NCBI GenBank assembly: GCA_001949185.1
Contig: BDGG01000003.1
Span: 4,957,092-5,021,091 of the forward strand
Source of the DNA: Ramazzottius varieornatus
Taxonomy: Eukaryota; Animalia; Tardigrada
DNA length: 64,000 nucleotides
Direction of reading: 5' to 3'
Under the pieces are notes generated by a model. The model saw only the letters and a list, made by a program, of their open reading frames with translations. It ran no database searches and was not told the DNA's origin. The translations under genes and the position numbers were made by a program. Below, piece by piece: positions 23,708-37,371 of this stretch (position 1 is the stretch's first letter; each line of letters opens with the position of its first letter).

Positions 23708-24823
23708 ATACATTTATGCTCGGATGGATGTTTACCAAATCCAGATCTGTTGAGAATGTGCCACCGATCTGAGAGGTAGGTCTGCATACAGTAGGATCCA
23801 GAACGTGTAATGCGAGTCAGAAGAGCGCTGGTCTCGACAGCACATATCGCTTTATCGGTTGTTCCCTACTTACAGTAGAAAATCCCTTCCGGCGCTTGGA
23901 TGTGTGCTCAAGAAAGCCCGCTTTAACGTCCTCTGATTATTGATATCCGGCTGCGAATTTGATCTGACTGTCTTCCTCTTTCTTTCACTTTGCTTGCTTG
24001 CTTACATTGACAGTGTACTCTGTCAAACTCCGTATGAGTACTGCACGACTTCCTTGTCGTTGTCCAACACTCTTTCCACTGAAGTTATTTGACTTTCAGC
24101 AATGTCTAACACGGAAACATTCATCCTGTTCTTCTAGTCATTCAATCTCTTCCATCGTTCACTCCGTCTATTTTTGCGCTCCGGTTCATAATCCTGATGC
24201 TTTTGTAAAACCCTTGAATTGAGCCAGCAAAAAACCCCCCTTCGTTATTTTACTGTAGCTGTCATATTAATTGAGATAATTTCCCTTCTCCATGCGAACT
24301 TTGAGCACCACATCAAGACATCTACGAGGACCTATTACACAAAGGAATACATTACACAGAGACTACCATTTTTCCGTTTCCCTCGTTGGTAGGACACGCC
24401 CAGATATTCCTAGGTGGCTTTCGGCGACTCGACCATTATGATATTTATCCTCCGCGCCCGAAGAAGCCGGTGATTCGAACGGCAGAACTACGGCAGAAAG
24501 GTACGTTCTCCAATGGCTTTTGTCGAATCAAGGATGGCAAAAACTGGGACGCTGGCAAATAAATTCCACCGGATAGTTTTTTGAAGTGGCGCACGGCCTC
24601 AGCTAACAACTTCGGAGACGCGCGCCACTTGAGACAGCATCCGGGATGAATCCATTGGCCGACGTTCGAAGACAAAGGCGGAATATGTCTATCCTACCCG
24701 TTACAAGTCTCGTAGAGCGTGATGGGTACTTGAAGAACCACTTGATGTTCTAGGTCGCATTTTCTGGATGACAATCATTAGACCTTGACCACGTAACTTT
24801 TCCTCAAACTCAAACTTGCAACC

Positions 24824-25381
24824 ATGGACCAAGGTTCCGTGAAAGACTCGATGGAGCATCTATCTGTCAGCGACTACAGCACAGGTGCCTCTGGCCGCCG
24901 GCATTCCCATTCAGCTGCAGATCGCCGAGGCAGTCTTTTGATGCCGGAGTCTCCTTACGCATCCAGTGATGAAACTCGTGCCCGCGGGGATCTTCTCGAT
25001 CAGGATAGTGCATTACGGCAAGGCCGCTCTTACAGCCTGTCCAAAGCAACCAACATGTCCCAGTGCATCGGATCAGTGTCCGATATGATGTCGGATCTTT
25101 CGGGCATCATTGCCGGGGCGGGATTACTCTCCAGTAGTCCGACCTCCTCAAGAGCTTCCGTTGACCTTTCGGCCGAGAGCCGCCTTCGGACTGATTCCCT
25201 GGGTCTTCCTGGTTATGATACTTCACGAAGAAGGTCCAGCTTCACACCGGAGTCACCCTACATGGTCAGTGATGAAACACGGGCCAGGAAGGAAAATTTG
25301 GAGGAGCAGATTGTGGTTTATGGACAGTTTGCAGTGGACCGACGAAGAAGCTCAGCTGGACACAAAAACGCCGAAAAATGA
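24824..25381 (+). CDS. Intronless 185-aa Ser/Arg-rich protein with an internal duplication
   Basis: Good start context (ACCATGG). Two copies of RRxS..PESPY..SDETRAR. Confidence 0.65.
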   Translation: MDQGSVKDSMEHLSVSDYSTGASGRRHSHSAADRRGSLLMPESPYASSDETRARGDLLDQDSALRQGRSYSLSKATNMSQCIGSVSDMMSDLSGIIAGAGLLSSSPTSSRASVDLSAESRLRTDSLGLPGYDTSRRRSSFTPESPYMVSDETRARKENLEEQIVVYGQFAVDRRRSSAGHKNAEK

Positions 25382-26574
25382 AAATCGGATATCGGCAAGT
25401 GGCTCAAGTGGCGCATACTTGCATTGTTGTAAACTGAGAAGGTGCGCCACTTGGTAAAACGATCCAGGTGAATTCATTGCCGGTGTTCCAAACCTTTTTT
25501 TTCGAAGCCTTCAGTTTTGAAATATGTCCTTGGGAATACCCATCTGTTCAATGGCTGAAAAGTCCATCGACCTAAATATTTTCATCTTGCGAAGAGGGGA
25601 ATCTGGAAAATTAGTAATTACTGTTAATATTTACACAAACAGTTACTGATGTCTTGCTGTAACAATTTTCACAATCGATCGTCTGTGATTGATTACGGTT
25701 TTGGAAGCGACACAATGAGTACAGTAATAAGATGGGAACGTGTTGTATGACGTGAGACGTCTAATGGAGGCACTCCGTCAAACCCTAATTACACCCCAGT
25801 CCTCAGCCCAGTATTCTCTATCGCTCCCACATCCCGCACAGTTTCTCAAGTACCTCACAGTTACAGCACAGCGAACTACACGAACTATAACGCGTTCTTG
25901 CACGCATTGCCAAATCCTTGTCGGTCTTGCTCAGCATCATTATCCGAAACTTGGACGCTCATCAGTTCGGATTTCACATTAACGGGAAGACTTCGATGAA
26001 TCTGAGTCATTACTTTATTCGATAGAAGAAAAAGTCCCACGGTTTTTTCACTTTTCGATACAGTATTTAGAGCCTCCGCAAAAATGCTCGTCGAGATCGT
26101 TTTCCAAGTAGCGCACGCTTCCGAATATTAACACTAAAAACGTGCGCCACTTGAACAAGTCGACAAGATCGGCTTTTTTAGGTGGCGCACTCTTCCACCT
26201 AACAGCACCAACAGCGTGCGCCACTAGGGGAAAAAACTTGTCGGGTTTGTTTACCGAGCTTTCACATTATATTTTGCAGGAGATATTCGGCCAAACTTAG
26301 TCTTCAAAAACCAGCAGAGGAACTTGAAAGCCAGTAATAGATTTCAGTTGTTCCTCTTGCGTAATAGGAAGCATGAAAGGGGGCAGGAAATGTAAATACG
26401 GCAGGCCGGGTAAAAACGTCGTTAAAAAAACAAAGCACCATGTCAAGAAGAGTGACATCTCCCTCCCAGCTAAAAATAGCTCTAGACTAGCCGTTTAGAA
26501 TCGACACCGGGGAAGCATGAACTTGATAAAGCATTCTTCGTTTCCTATCCCTTCCCTTCCCTTTCCTAAGTAAT

Positions 26575-28276
26575 CTAGTGGTGCTCATCAGAAGGGGACG
26601 GAGGCGCCTCTTCGTCATCTTCACTCAGCTCTGACTGCCTTCTCCGTCTCTTCCGTGAACCGCTAGGACTCCTTCTGGTGGCGTCGTCGCTGGAGACGTC
26701 CTCGACAGAGCCAGCAGGAGACAAGGCCCGCTTGATCCGTTCGGTCCCCACTTCCCAGATCTGCTTCATGCGGTTCATCCGCGCTCGCTGGCCGAACAGA
26801 TCGAGGAAGTCATCCACAAACTCGCGGCTCTTGTCTTCCCACTTCTTCAGCATATGCTGCCCGCGTGCTTCGATGTTTTCGACGAGCTTCTTACCACGAC
26901 TACGCATTGAACCCATCTTCTCAGCTAGGCGAATCTCTTTCTCTTTCATGAAACCTACATTCAAATCTTTGCGACTGTAACCGCGAGCCAAGTTCCTTCG
27001 AACGTACACGTCGTAATCCCGAACGATGCGCGCCTGTTGAAAAAATCTAAATTATCAGGTGAAGAACAAACTTGACCAGATCGTTTTGCCAAGTGGCGCA
27101 CTCTGCAGGCAGGTAACACTGCAGAAGTGCGCCTTCTGGCTGGGAAAGGTTGTCATACTACGTCGTGTGATAAATATAAATGTCATATTGTGTTATGTCA
27201 TATGATACAGTAAACTTACAACAACGTCCGATGTGGAGACACCTTCCGTGCGTTGCGTCGCCACGAATCTTCCCGCCTGCTTGATCCAGTGGTAGATGTC
27301 TTCGGCGTCGTCTCCCCCATACGGAAGCTCATCGTGTGCCACGAAGTCGATCTTGTGTTCTTGCAGGAACTCTGGAGTCAGAACCCAAGGAGCATCCGAG
27401 CAGACCTCGTCGACGTAGCGACAGTGACGAATACTTTCGTATCGCTCCCACTCGTTCATAACGGTCTTGCCTTTCAGCGAATGGGTCAAAGCATCGCTGC
27501 AAACTCCGACGATCAAGTAAACATTTGGGAAGGCGTTCTTCGCTTGCATCAACTGTCTGGCATGTCCTAAACCAAAAAAGTCGTATGTCAGCAAGCCAGA
27601 CATCAACATGACGTAAGTAACGCATGACGTCAAGGGCTCACACAGAGTATGCTGCCTGAATCCTCAACCTGCCATGCAGAATTATGACGTCACGTCCACA
27701 CCCGACGCAAACCACCCCAGCTAACGGGGCCATGACGTAACGACATAGACTGCACACTACCGCCTCCTGCGGTGAAAACGCAGTAAATCTTGTGACGTTC
27801 TACACGAGCGAGCCGAGATGGGAGTAATTTGCTTTACCTGCGTGGAATAAGTCGTAGATTCCATCAGCGTAGATCCTGACAGGTCTAGTCACATTTCCCG
27901 ACGTTGCCATGTCCTTGGTTATCTGCACACTATAGTCCACTTTTTCCAGTTCTTCTTTGGCCACGGGATCGGTTGAGAAGGGCGCTGCGTACTTTAAGGC
28001 CATCGTCCGCTCGGCATTGCTGGCCGGAACGTGGATCAAAGGATCCAGAGCTGTGAAATTCCGCGCCGAAGGAGCAGGGCTACTGTCCTTGGAACTGTAG
28101 GCGTCTTCGTAAGAGTTGTCATCGTCATCTTGATCGGAAGTCTGGCCAGCCATCGATATCTTCTCGTCAGCGTTGTCCGGTGGCAGTGGTGATCGTGAAG
28201 CGCGTGAACGGCTACCGTTTGACGGGTGGTTATCGCCCGCCTTGCCAGTCTTCTCTGCCGTCATCGATAAGTCCAT
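26575..28276 (-). CDS. PCYT1: Choline-phosphate cytidylyltransferase
   Basis: Exons 27838-28276, 27220-27566 and 26575-27033. [26 protein letters not shown] (HxGH), [28 protein letters not shown], amphipathic M domain and Ser-rich tail. Confidence 0.96.
27605..27745. promoter_or_regulatory. Cluster of CRE/ATF-like motifs in PCYT1 intron 1
   Basis: Two TGACGTCA and two TGACGTAA within about 140 bp. Confidence 0.3.
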
Positions 28277-28714
28277 TTCCACTCCGTCTTCTGAGCTCTC
28301 GAGTCTTGAAGAAGAGATCAGACAGGGCGTCGTCTACTCCGAATCAGCTAAGAGGGGGTAAATCGCTGATTAAGCCACTTTTGAGGCCATGTGACGTGTC
28401 GATAAGATTGATCCGCTGGCCGTTCTCTTTAGACACCTACGAGGCAAAAGACCGCTAGGTTCGTGGTAAGAAAGACGTCTTTACGCCCAGATCCCGGAAT
28501 CAGAGATGGAAGTTTTCTCCGAGTTCCGTCAACTTCCGCGATTACCGAACGACTCGGAACGGCAGATCGCGATCTGAGAAGAATTTTACGCAATACGTAT
28601 TTGTGACGTTAGATCATAATTGTGCAACTTCAATGGAAATCACCCTATCACTTCATGACGTCATCAGTTCAATCTCGTTGACTAATCAAGAACTATGTCG
28701 ATCAAGTCGCACAC

Positions 28715-29530
28715 ATGTACAGAGGGTTTTGTATCACGCAGCTGCAGTTTGACGCGACTGCTCCTCCTGGGATCTGGATGATGCTGTTTACGGAGGAGGA
28801 AGTCTAAGTTTCCTTTCACTCAATCTTACCAGATATCTTTGCAGTAACTACAAGTAGCCAGACAAAACGACAGGTGGAGATTGGCTGGGCGGAGTTGTGT
28901 TCCAAAACTTAGCAGGTAAGCGGAGTTCTAACGTATTGATCAGCTGCTTTCTTTTGTCCTTTGGTAGAAGTATCTGCTGTGGTTTGGACGATCGACCGCC
29001 AGAGTATTGATGAGTACGTCTTTGCAGGCAAGATGGACGCAAGCGGCAAGCTTCCTCCTCGTGACGGCTTGATGGACTTCGTTCGAGTGAGACCCACCAC
29101 CACCAACTCCGCTCGGCTGGAGTACGACCCTAACAACCCCCACAACAACGAGTACGAGACGAGCGACCAGCGAAATCCCACGGTAAAGTCCGACTGGGAC
29201 TTTGCCGAGACGGCCAACGTGGCCGTGCGTCGGCTGGAACTGGACAAGATTAGCAAGTTGGCCAAGCCACAAGCACTACAGGCGCTGGAAGAGTACAACC
29301 GGAAACAACAGCAGTGGATCGTCTTCCCCAAGTACAAAGCGGGCTTCTTCCGGACGCATGAAGCCGAGTTCTACGAGTATAGACGAGACCCCAATACCCT
29401 CTTCGACGGATGGTATGTCAGGGAGTACTGGTACAACCCTTTGGCCAATATTAGGTTTTACGATGACTGGATCGAACCTGCCGAATCCGGCTTTGGCTTC
29501 TGTCGACGAGGCAAGAACGGGAAGTTTTAA
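28715..29530 (+). CDS. Orphan W/Y/D-rich protein; 5' end uncertain
   Basis: Long last exon (about 28968-29530) with coding-like codon usage. Upstream exon 28858-28915 (PDKTTGGDWLGGVVFQNLA) joins in phase 1. Start at 28715 is tentative. Confidence 0.6.
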
Positions 29531-29970
29531 ATATGTCTGTCACTCTGGAGATATCCTGTTTTCCTATAGCGCATTAGAACAGACCGAGACTGCGAAACAA
29601 ACGAACTCAACAAGATTGTTTCTTCATGTGGCGCACGCCTTCAGTCAACAAATCTGCACTAGTGCGCCACTTGGGCAAACAATCGAACTCGACAAGCTCG
29701 TTTTTCTCAGTGGCGCATACTTTTAGCCAGTAACACTCGAGGCGTGCGCCACTTGGCAAGATGGTCTTTTCGAGTTGGTTTGCCGAGCTCCCAGTTAGCT
29801 GAGTTTGCAGTGCAGACATTTTTTGTGATTCTTTGAAGTGAGTTGAATGACATATGCAAGAAAAGCCAGAAAGAAATGTCGCTTTGAAATTCGTGAAAGA
29901 AAATAGTGCGGAAGAAAGATTGTACTCTTCCAGCGCCTGCAGACTGAAAAAAAGTGCGCGGATTTCTTGG

Positions 29971-32900
29971 TCAAGTATACATGGTATTGAGCAACCAATC
30001 GTCGAAAGAAAATATGGCGGACTTTAGGTTATAGGTATCTTTGGACCGGAAAATACCTGCAAAAATGGAAATTGTTCCTTCCGTGTAGATATCATGAGAT
30101 ACAGTATGAAGGATTGTATCAGTTACTTACTTATCATTCTTTGAAGCCGGACGATGCATAAAATAAAATCTTCGAAATTAAGGGTTTGGTCAGGTTGGCC
30201 GTAACGGAGAGCTATCACGCGAAGGACGTGATGGTTCACAAGATAACCTGTAGGAAATTGTGCAGTGGAAGTAAATCGAACTCAAAAAAGGATTGGGAGC
30301 GGGCCACACGAAACGTACAAGACTGTTATGTTAAGCGACGCACCCTTTCAGCTAGTGACAACAGAAAGGTGCGCCAATTGGACGAACTCTACAAAATTGT
30401 TTTTTCCCAGTGGCGCACTCGTACGTTTCATTTGCCCAGATCCCAATTTACATCCCACGAGGATGCTCTCCGGCTTACCGGCGCTTTCAATAGCTTCACG
30501 AAGATGTTGCATCTCTACTTTTCCCGAGTTCTTTCTGTCATATTTGGCGAAAGTATCTTTCCACTGCTTGATGGTTCCCCACAACGCTGTGAACTCATCC
30601 AGTCCGAGCTTGCCGGAAAAGTCCACATCGGACATGGTCATCATTGAACGAACTATTTCCGGACTGAAACCCTTGAACGGAAAAGCTGAAGAAAAACCCA
30701 GATGGTTTCATCAGTGAGTTGTGGAGGTGGAACATCGGCAGACGGTTTCGCCCAGATTGCCATCTCAAGTGGCGCACATCTCTATTGTTATTGGCCAAGA
30801 TCGTGCGCCACTTGGGAAATCGATCTGGACGGTTTCATTTGCCGATGGTATGTAAAAAGAAGTTGCGACCAGGAACACATACGAGTCTTGAGGCTCTTTG
30901 TCAGGATGATGGCGAGTTGGTTCGTGTCGATCTCCAAGTCTGCCCCAGCAATTTTGTTGAACAGAGCAGTCACTTCCTCCTCCTGCCTTAGAGTCATGGG
31001 CGGCGGTTTGATATCCTATGAAAAGGTAGTTGATCACTTACCATTGGCAACAGAATGAAACTATCACAGTAACCTAACTTAAGTTACCTGTGGAGTGTGG
31101 GATATGACTTCCGCCGGTGTATTATCGTGCTCCCTACAGCGAAGAAGCTATTAGCTCTCGTGAAGATGAGATATTGAAACCGAAACTTACGCCATTTCGA
31201 TGGGGATCTCACTGTAGACCCTGACGATGAAGTCCGCTTCCTCGTTGGGTTCGAAGGTGGAGGGGACTATGCAGTAGTCACCAGGCGGAAGTCTGAATCG
31301 TGTCGTCACTTGACGCGAGTTGACGAAGGCGGGCGAACGTCCCACCGACATGTTGTACCGGAAAAAGTCCTTGTTGAGCGGCGTCGGAACCTTCCTTGGA
31401 TCAGGAAGCTAAACCCAACAAGTGCATTGACAGGTCATCTTGTGGAAACTGTCACAGCAGGCTCATGCACATACGAGAGGCTTGCGGACGAAACTTATGA
31501 ACGAGTTCGTCATCTGTAGGTGGCGCACACGTACCGCCAATACGCTACCAGCGTGCGCCACTTGGGAAACTCAAACTCGACCGAGTCGTTTTTCCAAGTG
31601 GCGCACGCTCCCAGTCGACAAAAAATGCGAACGTGCGCCACTTGATACAACGATTATGTGCGTTTGGCTTGTCAACCTTCCGTCGTGTACTGTCAATGAC
31701 CAAGACTTACGTGATAGATAGCAAAGCCAATGGTTAACAAATCCAGTCCATGCATCCGAAGTTTCCGTCTGTCCTTCTGCATCAGTGCTATAATGCAGCT
31801 GGCGAGCCCATCAGGTCCGTCGGTCTTCTGCATGGTTATCCGATATTGTGGATTCAAGTGGAAGGTATCTGGAATACATCGTACAAATTTTAGATTCACT
31901 CGGAAGACAAATATGAACGATCAAGAAGAACGGCCAACCGAGGAAATTTCGACAACCACCGGCGGTCACGCCTCTCGTCCAGCTTCCCGAAAACACGTTA
32001 GACTCCCACGTAACGGTGTGCCTCTTGACAAAATCCGGGTCGGCCGAAACCATGGTCTCGGGACCCAGGTTGCATATTTCAAGCTTGCTAAAGTTTGCCA
32101 GCATGTCGGGATAAGACATCCTATCATCAAAAATCATGGAGGGCTTTGAGATTGAAAATGAGCTTTTTCATATTACCTACCAAAATTCACCGTCTTCCCT
32201 GAATTCAAGCTCCAGTTGTCTCTTTTGAGATTCCGGCACGAATTGCCATTCTTTCGAGCTGTATAATACAATAAGGCTCACAAACTGCTGTACAACGTCA
32301 GGTCACACTACAACATGCCAGTGCGACGTACCCGTCGCTGAACGGACCTCTCCATTCGGACTTGCCCCATGGGTTCCTTAGACGAACACAGGGAACTTTG
32401 ACTGATTTATTTGGAGTGACCACATCGATCTACTCGACAAAAAAAGGATGAAGGAGATACATTCATCGTTCAATAAAAAGCCATCGCAAACGGGTCCTTA
32501 CCGTTCGAACATCAGTGATACTGTAAGCGTGTCCCATCACCAGACCATTCGGCATCTTAAACTCGAGCTGTGCTTCTACTGCCTGAAGTAACCAACTCTA
32601 GCCACCAGTTTCAAACTTTTCTTCCTTGTGTTACTTTACCCATGAAAGTTTCTTGAACAATCAAGACCGTACCTCGATCGAACAGGCCATCATGGCTCCC
32701 AGCTCGAAGGACTTTTCCATGCGAGCGAATAAATTTAGCGGCGCTTTCCCGAGTTCGTAAACTATTGATCAGACGCAGTTCATCAATCAGAATTGATCTT
32801 TTTTCTATGTAATTATTATGCAGTGGACAGAGCCGTGGACACGTTATACCTTCTTACATTCTGACAGACCGCCGGTGAAGTCTTCGAGAGCTTCCGACGT

Positions 32901-34361
32901 TGTACCTCCCTTCAGATTCTCATACGATCCATTTACCCTGAAAAGATGGATTAGCAGCCCTCGAACAGAGAAGAGCCTAACATGACATCCAAAAACACAT
33001 AGGAAGGAAAGATGGAAAACGTCAATGCTAACCGTACTTGGCGTAAGCCTTTTCTAAAAGAGCGCTCCAAAACTCCGAGTTTTCCGCCGAGTGCATAAAC
33101 ATCAGAGTACCGTTGATGGTTGGCAGGCGATCATCGATGACAACATCGATCCTGAAACAGGAGAATTATGTACTGATCTCGGCATGGAGCAGCAGGAAAC
33201 GTCGGCAAACCTCACCATTGTCCATGTCGCCAAAACTGAAAGTGGAATATCCCGCAGTACTTTTCCGCTTTGGAGAAGCCTTGGTCCTCGGGTATCACTC
33301 GAGCTAGCAGAGCAGCATTCAGTGTCAAATCGGCGGCCGCCGCGACGAGCCAGCAGTCACCCAGCTCGCCTTGCACCAGGTCGAAACGCTTCTGGCCGTT
33401 GACGATCAACTTTGGATCGCGATGAAGTTGCGGTGGTCTCTAGAACAACCAATCACTACTCGCACAAGAACACTTCGATCATAGTTTTGAGAGTTGAAAC
33501 ATCACAAAGTCGGAATTACCTTCCATTCGAAGTGCCTCTTGAACCGCTGTGTGTGAAAGACGCTGCGGTCGATCGCGGGAAAATCGGGATCCTCAAAGAG
33601 CTTCCCACTGCGCAGACATTCGTCTCGCAGCTGCTCGAAGGACTTCTCCGCGAGTGTGTAACCCCGACGAGAAGATCCTCCGATGTGTCCAAACTAAGAA
33701 AGAAACCAGCTGTATCAAACAACGAAAGCACGAATCCACTTCCGGGTTCAAGCTGCAAATACCTCATCAGCCTGATTCAGCCATTGTAATGCTATGTTAT
33801 TAATATCACATGTCATGTGATATCATATGCTAACATATCACATTACGCTTCACGTCGTGTCGTGGTATATAAAGCTGGGCGTTCTCCAGCAATCAAACAG
33901 CTCCGTTTTTGTTTGGTGTCAACCTCTCAACTTACAGAGACGGAAGGAGCAAGGGGCTGCGTGGATGAGACTGTCCTTTCGACCTGCGGAGCCCGAGCAC
34001 TGGAACCTCCATCGATCACATCCGCGCCTCGGACATCAGCGTTGATGTTCCAGTTGGATGAAAACAGGCATCCGCTCCTCAAGACGGAACACGGACCGGC
34101 GTGCTGACGAAGGTACCTTGTGGCGATCCTTGCGTATTCCGCCTCGATGTCCGAGATGAAGTTCCGTCCAGGAAATGCAGAGAACATAGGTACCAGCTGG
34201 TCGACGTCGCGGACGCGAGTGGGAGGCTGCTCGTCGTCCTTCGTTCTGGAGGAATTCGAAACGGTGATCGACCGCGCCTTCACGTTGACTTCGTTCCGCA
34301 CTTCACTGGAACTCCAGTCCCGGACTCGAACTTCAGTCTTTTTTTCATAGTCCTGCGGCAT
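29971..34361 (-). CDS. Classical calpain (CysPc, C2-like and penta-EF-hand domains)
   Basis: LFEDPDFPA; [12 protein letters not shown] (Cys); [11 protein letters not shown] (His); RLRNPWG (Asn); [10 protein letters not shown]; [13 protein letters not shown]; EF-hand [13 protein letters not shown]; C-terminus [11 protein letters not shown]. Confidence 0.95.
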
Positions 34362-35536
34362 TCTAGAGGCCGGAGGTCGGAAGAGGATGAGCTTCTGTCG
34401 GGAAAGAAGTCAGGGCCCAAATACACATTACACAAATTTCACACTGAATTCCCGCTAGCTAGTATGACATAACATAACATTACACAGAAGTAAACATCTG
34501 GCTCATAGGTTGATTGTTGATTCAACACTGGTCCAACTGATCGGAAGTGACTTACAGGTACACGTCACAGCACTTGTCAGACAGTATGGTAGGGAGGAAC
34601 TTGATGTTCGAGGATGGAGGAACGATCATCAAAGTCGAGCTCGTGGAAGATAGAACTCCTGTGAGGTATTTCGAGAAACTCTTCGCATCGAGACACACTG
34701 CCCAGACAGAGTTGAGACGTATCAAAAGCTGACAAAGTGAACATGTGCAGCAAACTTTGGGACTGATAATTGCTGATGAAAACTGGGTGCGATGCTATCA
34801 AACTGCCCGCGCTCGACACACGAACGAATCATTTCCGAGGTTGACTAAACAAATAGCACACTCCGTGGACTTTGGCCTTCGACAGGCTCCACTATCAGTA
34901 GACAACACGCGCACAGAACTTTCGGTTTCGGGAAAAGCTATCGGTCAAGCGTCAAACCCAGACTTCCCTTTCCCACACGCAGTCGAGCTTCCGTTATTAA
35001 GGAACGTGATGAAAAATCTGGAAGACCAAGACTTCCACTTCCTCATTCTTCACGACGCTCTGTCTTCATTCTGTTCAATTTTTCTAAAGGCTGGCTAAAC
35101 GGTTCATGCTTCCCTCGAACATTGCTTTCGCCTTTCGGGCTTTCAGCTGCAGTTCGGTAGCTTAGTAGCCCAACGAGAACAGATTCACCGTCACACTGAT
35201 GACTAAGAACCCTATGAAATCATCGTGGATTTTAGTACCAGTGTTAACGGAGGTCAAATACGATTAATCAGAGTAAAGTGAGTAATGTTGTATCACAGTG
35301 AAGGGATCTCTCGCGTCAATATGCGAAGACATCAGCAAGCTACAGCAGATATCAGGAGCGCCAAGTCATCCGGGAAATGATCCAGCTGCTCGCTTATTCC
35401 AGACAAAGCTAACATGCTTGACATCGTAAATAAAACCGTATTTTTTGTCTGAGCAATACAGTGCGCTTCTAAAACTGAAACAACTTCCGGGTATGAACAG
35501 GGAACTCACTAGGCATGGACAGGACGAATCTTGATC

Positions 35537-36376
35537 TTACTGGACAGCAATCCGCACTGCTTCCATCACGTCGCTCAGCTCCTTGTCTAACGACAGCAAG
35601 ATGCCTGTAGACAAAAAATAATGTGTTTTTCTGGCAGTCTTCTCTATTTTACGGTAACGGTAAACTCACCGGTATTCGCATCAGCATCCGCTATTACAGT
35701 AAGTATCAAAGGATCCATCTGGAAGTGAATCATCTGGAAGGAAAACACGAAAGTTGTAAAATGAACCGAGAGCTCGACGGACAAACTCGATACAATCATT
35801 GTTCGATGGGGCGCACCCTTTCAGGCAATAAATCTGGAACCGTGCGCCACTTGCGTAAACAACAATACTCGCCAACATCACTTTTCCAAGTGACGCATAC
35901 GGTCGGCCAATTACACTGCAACCCTGCGCCGCAGATGGAAACAATCGTTCCGCGACTATCACATCGCCACGCTCGCGCTGCCAATCGTTACCTGATGTCT
36001 CTCATGAATGCTAATGATGTGCCTGGCTTTTCCATGTCCCAGCTTTGATGCTTGGTCAGTAGCGAAGCCTACGCTTGACAGAAAGCCAGGACGGAAGGCA
36101 GTTTCCGGTACAGTTTCGTCATGAACGCGCAGGATAGGAACACCGTCACGATCGCCGATGACAACTCCTCTCACGCCAGGCGTTCTGGAAACAGAACAAG
36201 AGGTATAACCACTACTTTCGGAGACCGATGTCGCCTACTTACGCTTTCATAACTTCTTGAATACTCCTCTTGAGTTCCTGCAAAACCAGAAGCGCAAAAC
36301 ATCAGCTGAGACGTCCCAACACACTTAGATGATAAGCAAAAGCTTCCCGTTCGTCTCACAAGCTTACCTCGGCCAT
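35537..36376 (-). CDS. LAMTOR3: Ragulator complex protein LAMTOR3 (MP1)
   Basis: Five exons: MAE|ELKRSIQEVMKA|TPGVRGVVIGDRDGVPILRV...RPGFLSSVGFATDQASKLGHGK...HQ|MIHFQMDPLILTVIADADANTG|ILLSLDKEL...Q*. Confidence 0.93.
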
Positions 36377-37371
36377 GTTTCCTCAGGTACTGCTGGATAA
36401 CCTAAAGCTACCACAAACGCTACCCAAATATGTCCTCTGGAACACGAGAGCTGGCCACGCGTGAACACCAACGAATTCGAAGTGGTCCACTAGTGACTGG
36501 AGCACGGGAATCCCGAAAGACAGAGTTTCCAACTTTCAGTCTTTCAATTAATCAATTTCCAAAAAATCTTGCGCCGGACGGGACCGGAGCGGCCGGAGTG
36601 ACTGTTTTAACTTTTAAACCATTCTGGAATAACGACTGCGCATTTATACGCAACGCATGTCCGTTGTCCGCCCCGCTTGACCTTAGTAAACGGAGCGAAA
36701 GTATCTCGATTTTCTACTGTCGTTCTGGCCATTGTCCATTTTCCAGCTTATCGGGATGCGAGAAAACCTGGAATCCTGAATTTCCATTTGAAGCTGCGCG
36801 CATTATTCTGCTTTTGCGGCTTGTTGAAACTTGGATTACCATGCTCAGCGTTGTGTTTTGCAATGCCGAAGAGGAGGTCGAGCATATTTGCTGGAGAAGG
36901 TACCACGGCAAGAAGACCAGAGAACTTACCTGTACAAAAAAAGAACTTCGCCGGACGCCATCAAGCTTCGAGAGACGTTCCGGCGCGTTCCTGTTCTCGC
37001 CTTGGAAGAAATCTTCCACCACTCTGGATCTTCGACAGGTCAAAAAGCTGAGCAGGTAAGAATGCCACTGTGTGATAATTGTGACTTGAGCAAGAATTTT
37101 TGCACAAAATTTTAGAATAACAGCCGCTGCCTTTTTGTGAAAATAATACGTGACACTAGCATTTTATTTGTAAAACATCCTGTATTCTTCTGTCTTCCGT
37201 CTGTTAAGGACGTTTTGTAATGCATTATTTTCGTGATTCGAGTGTCAAGGTCATTTGTTTTTGCTTGACGTACACATCTACCCTAGTTCCGCTCGTTCGA
37301 ATCGCTGCACAGCCCAGGTAACGCAGCATCACTCTTTCCATCCTTGGAGATTTCATATCGAAACTTTAGTG

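Noticed and set aside
23251-23772. ORFs with recurring KWRT, CATW, VRHL, VAH and APL peptides here and across the track
   Set aside because: These are six-frame translations of the palindromic repeat, not a protein family.
33785-33850. 5-bp-periodic AT-rich tracts (also near 27170 and 34465)
   Set aside because: Degenerate low-complexity microsatellites with no further structure.
34730-34732. In-frame TGA as selenocysteine
   Set aside because: No redox motif context and no SECIS identified.
36430-37115. Overlapping 94-209 aa ORFs between LAMTOR3 and BBOF1
   Set aside because: No recognisable motifs; probably promoter, UTR or an unresolved first exon.
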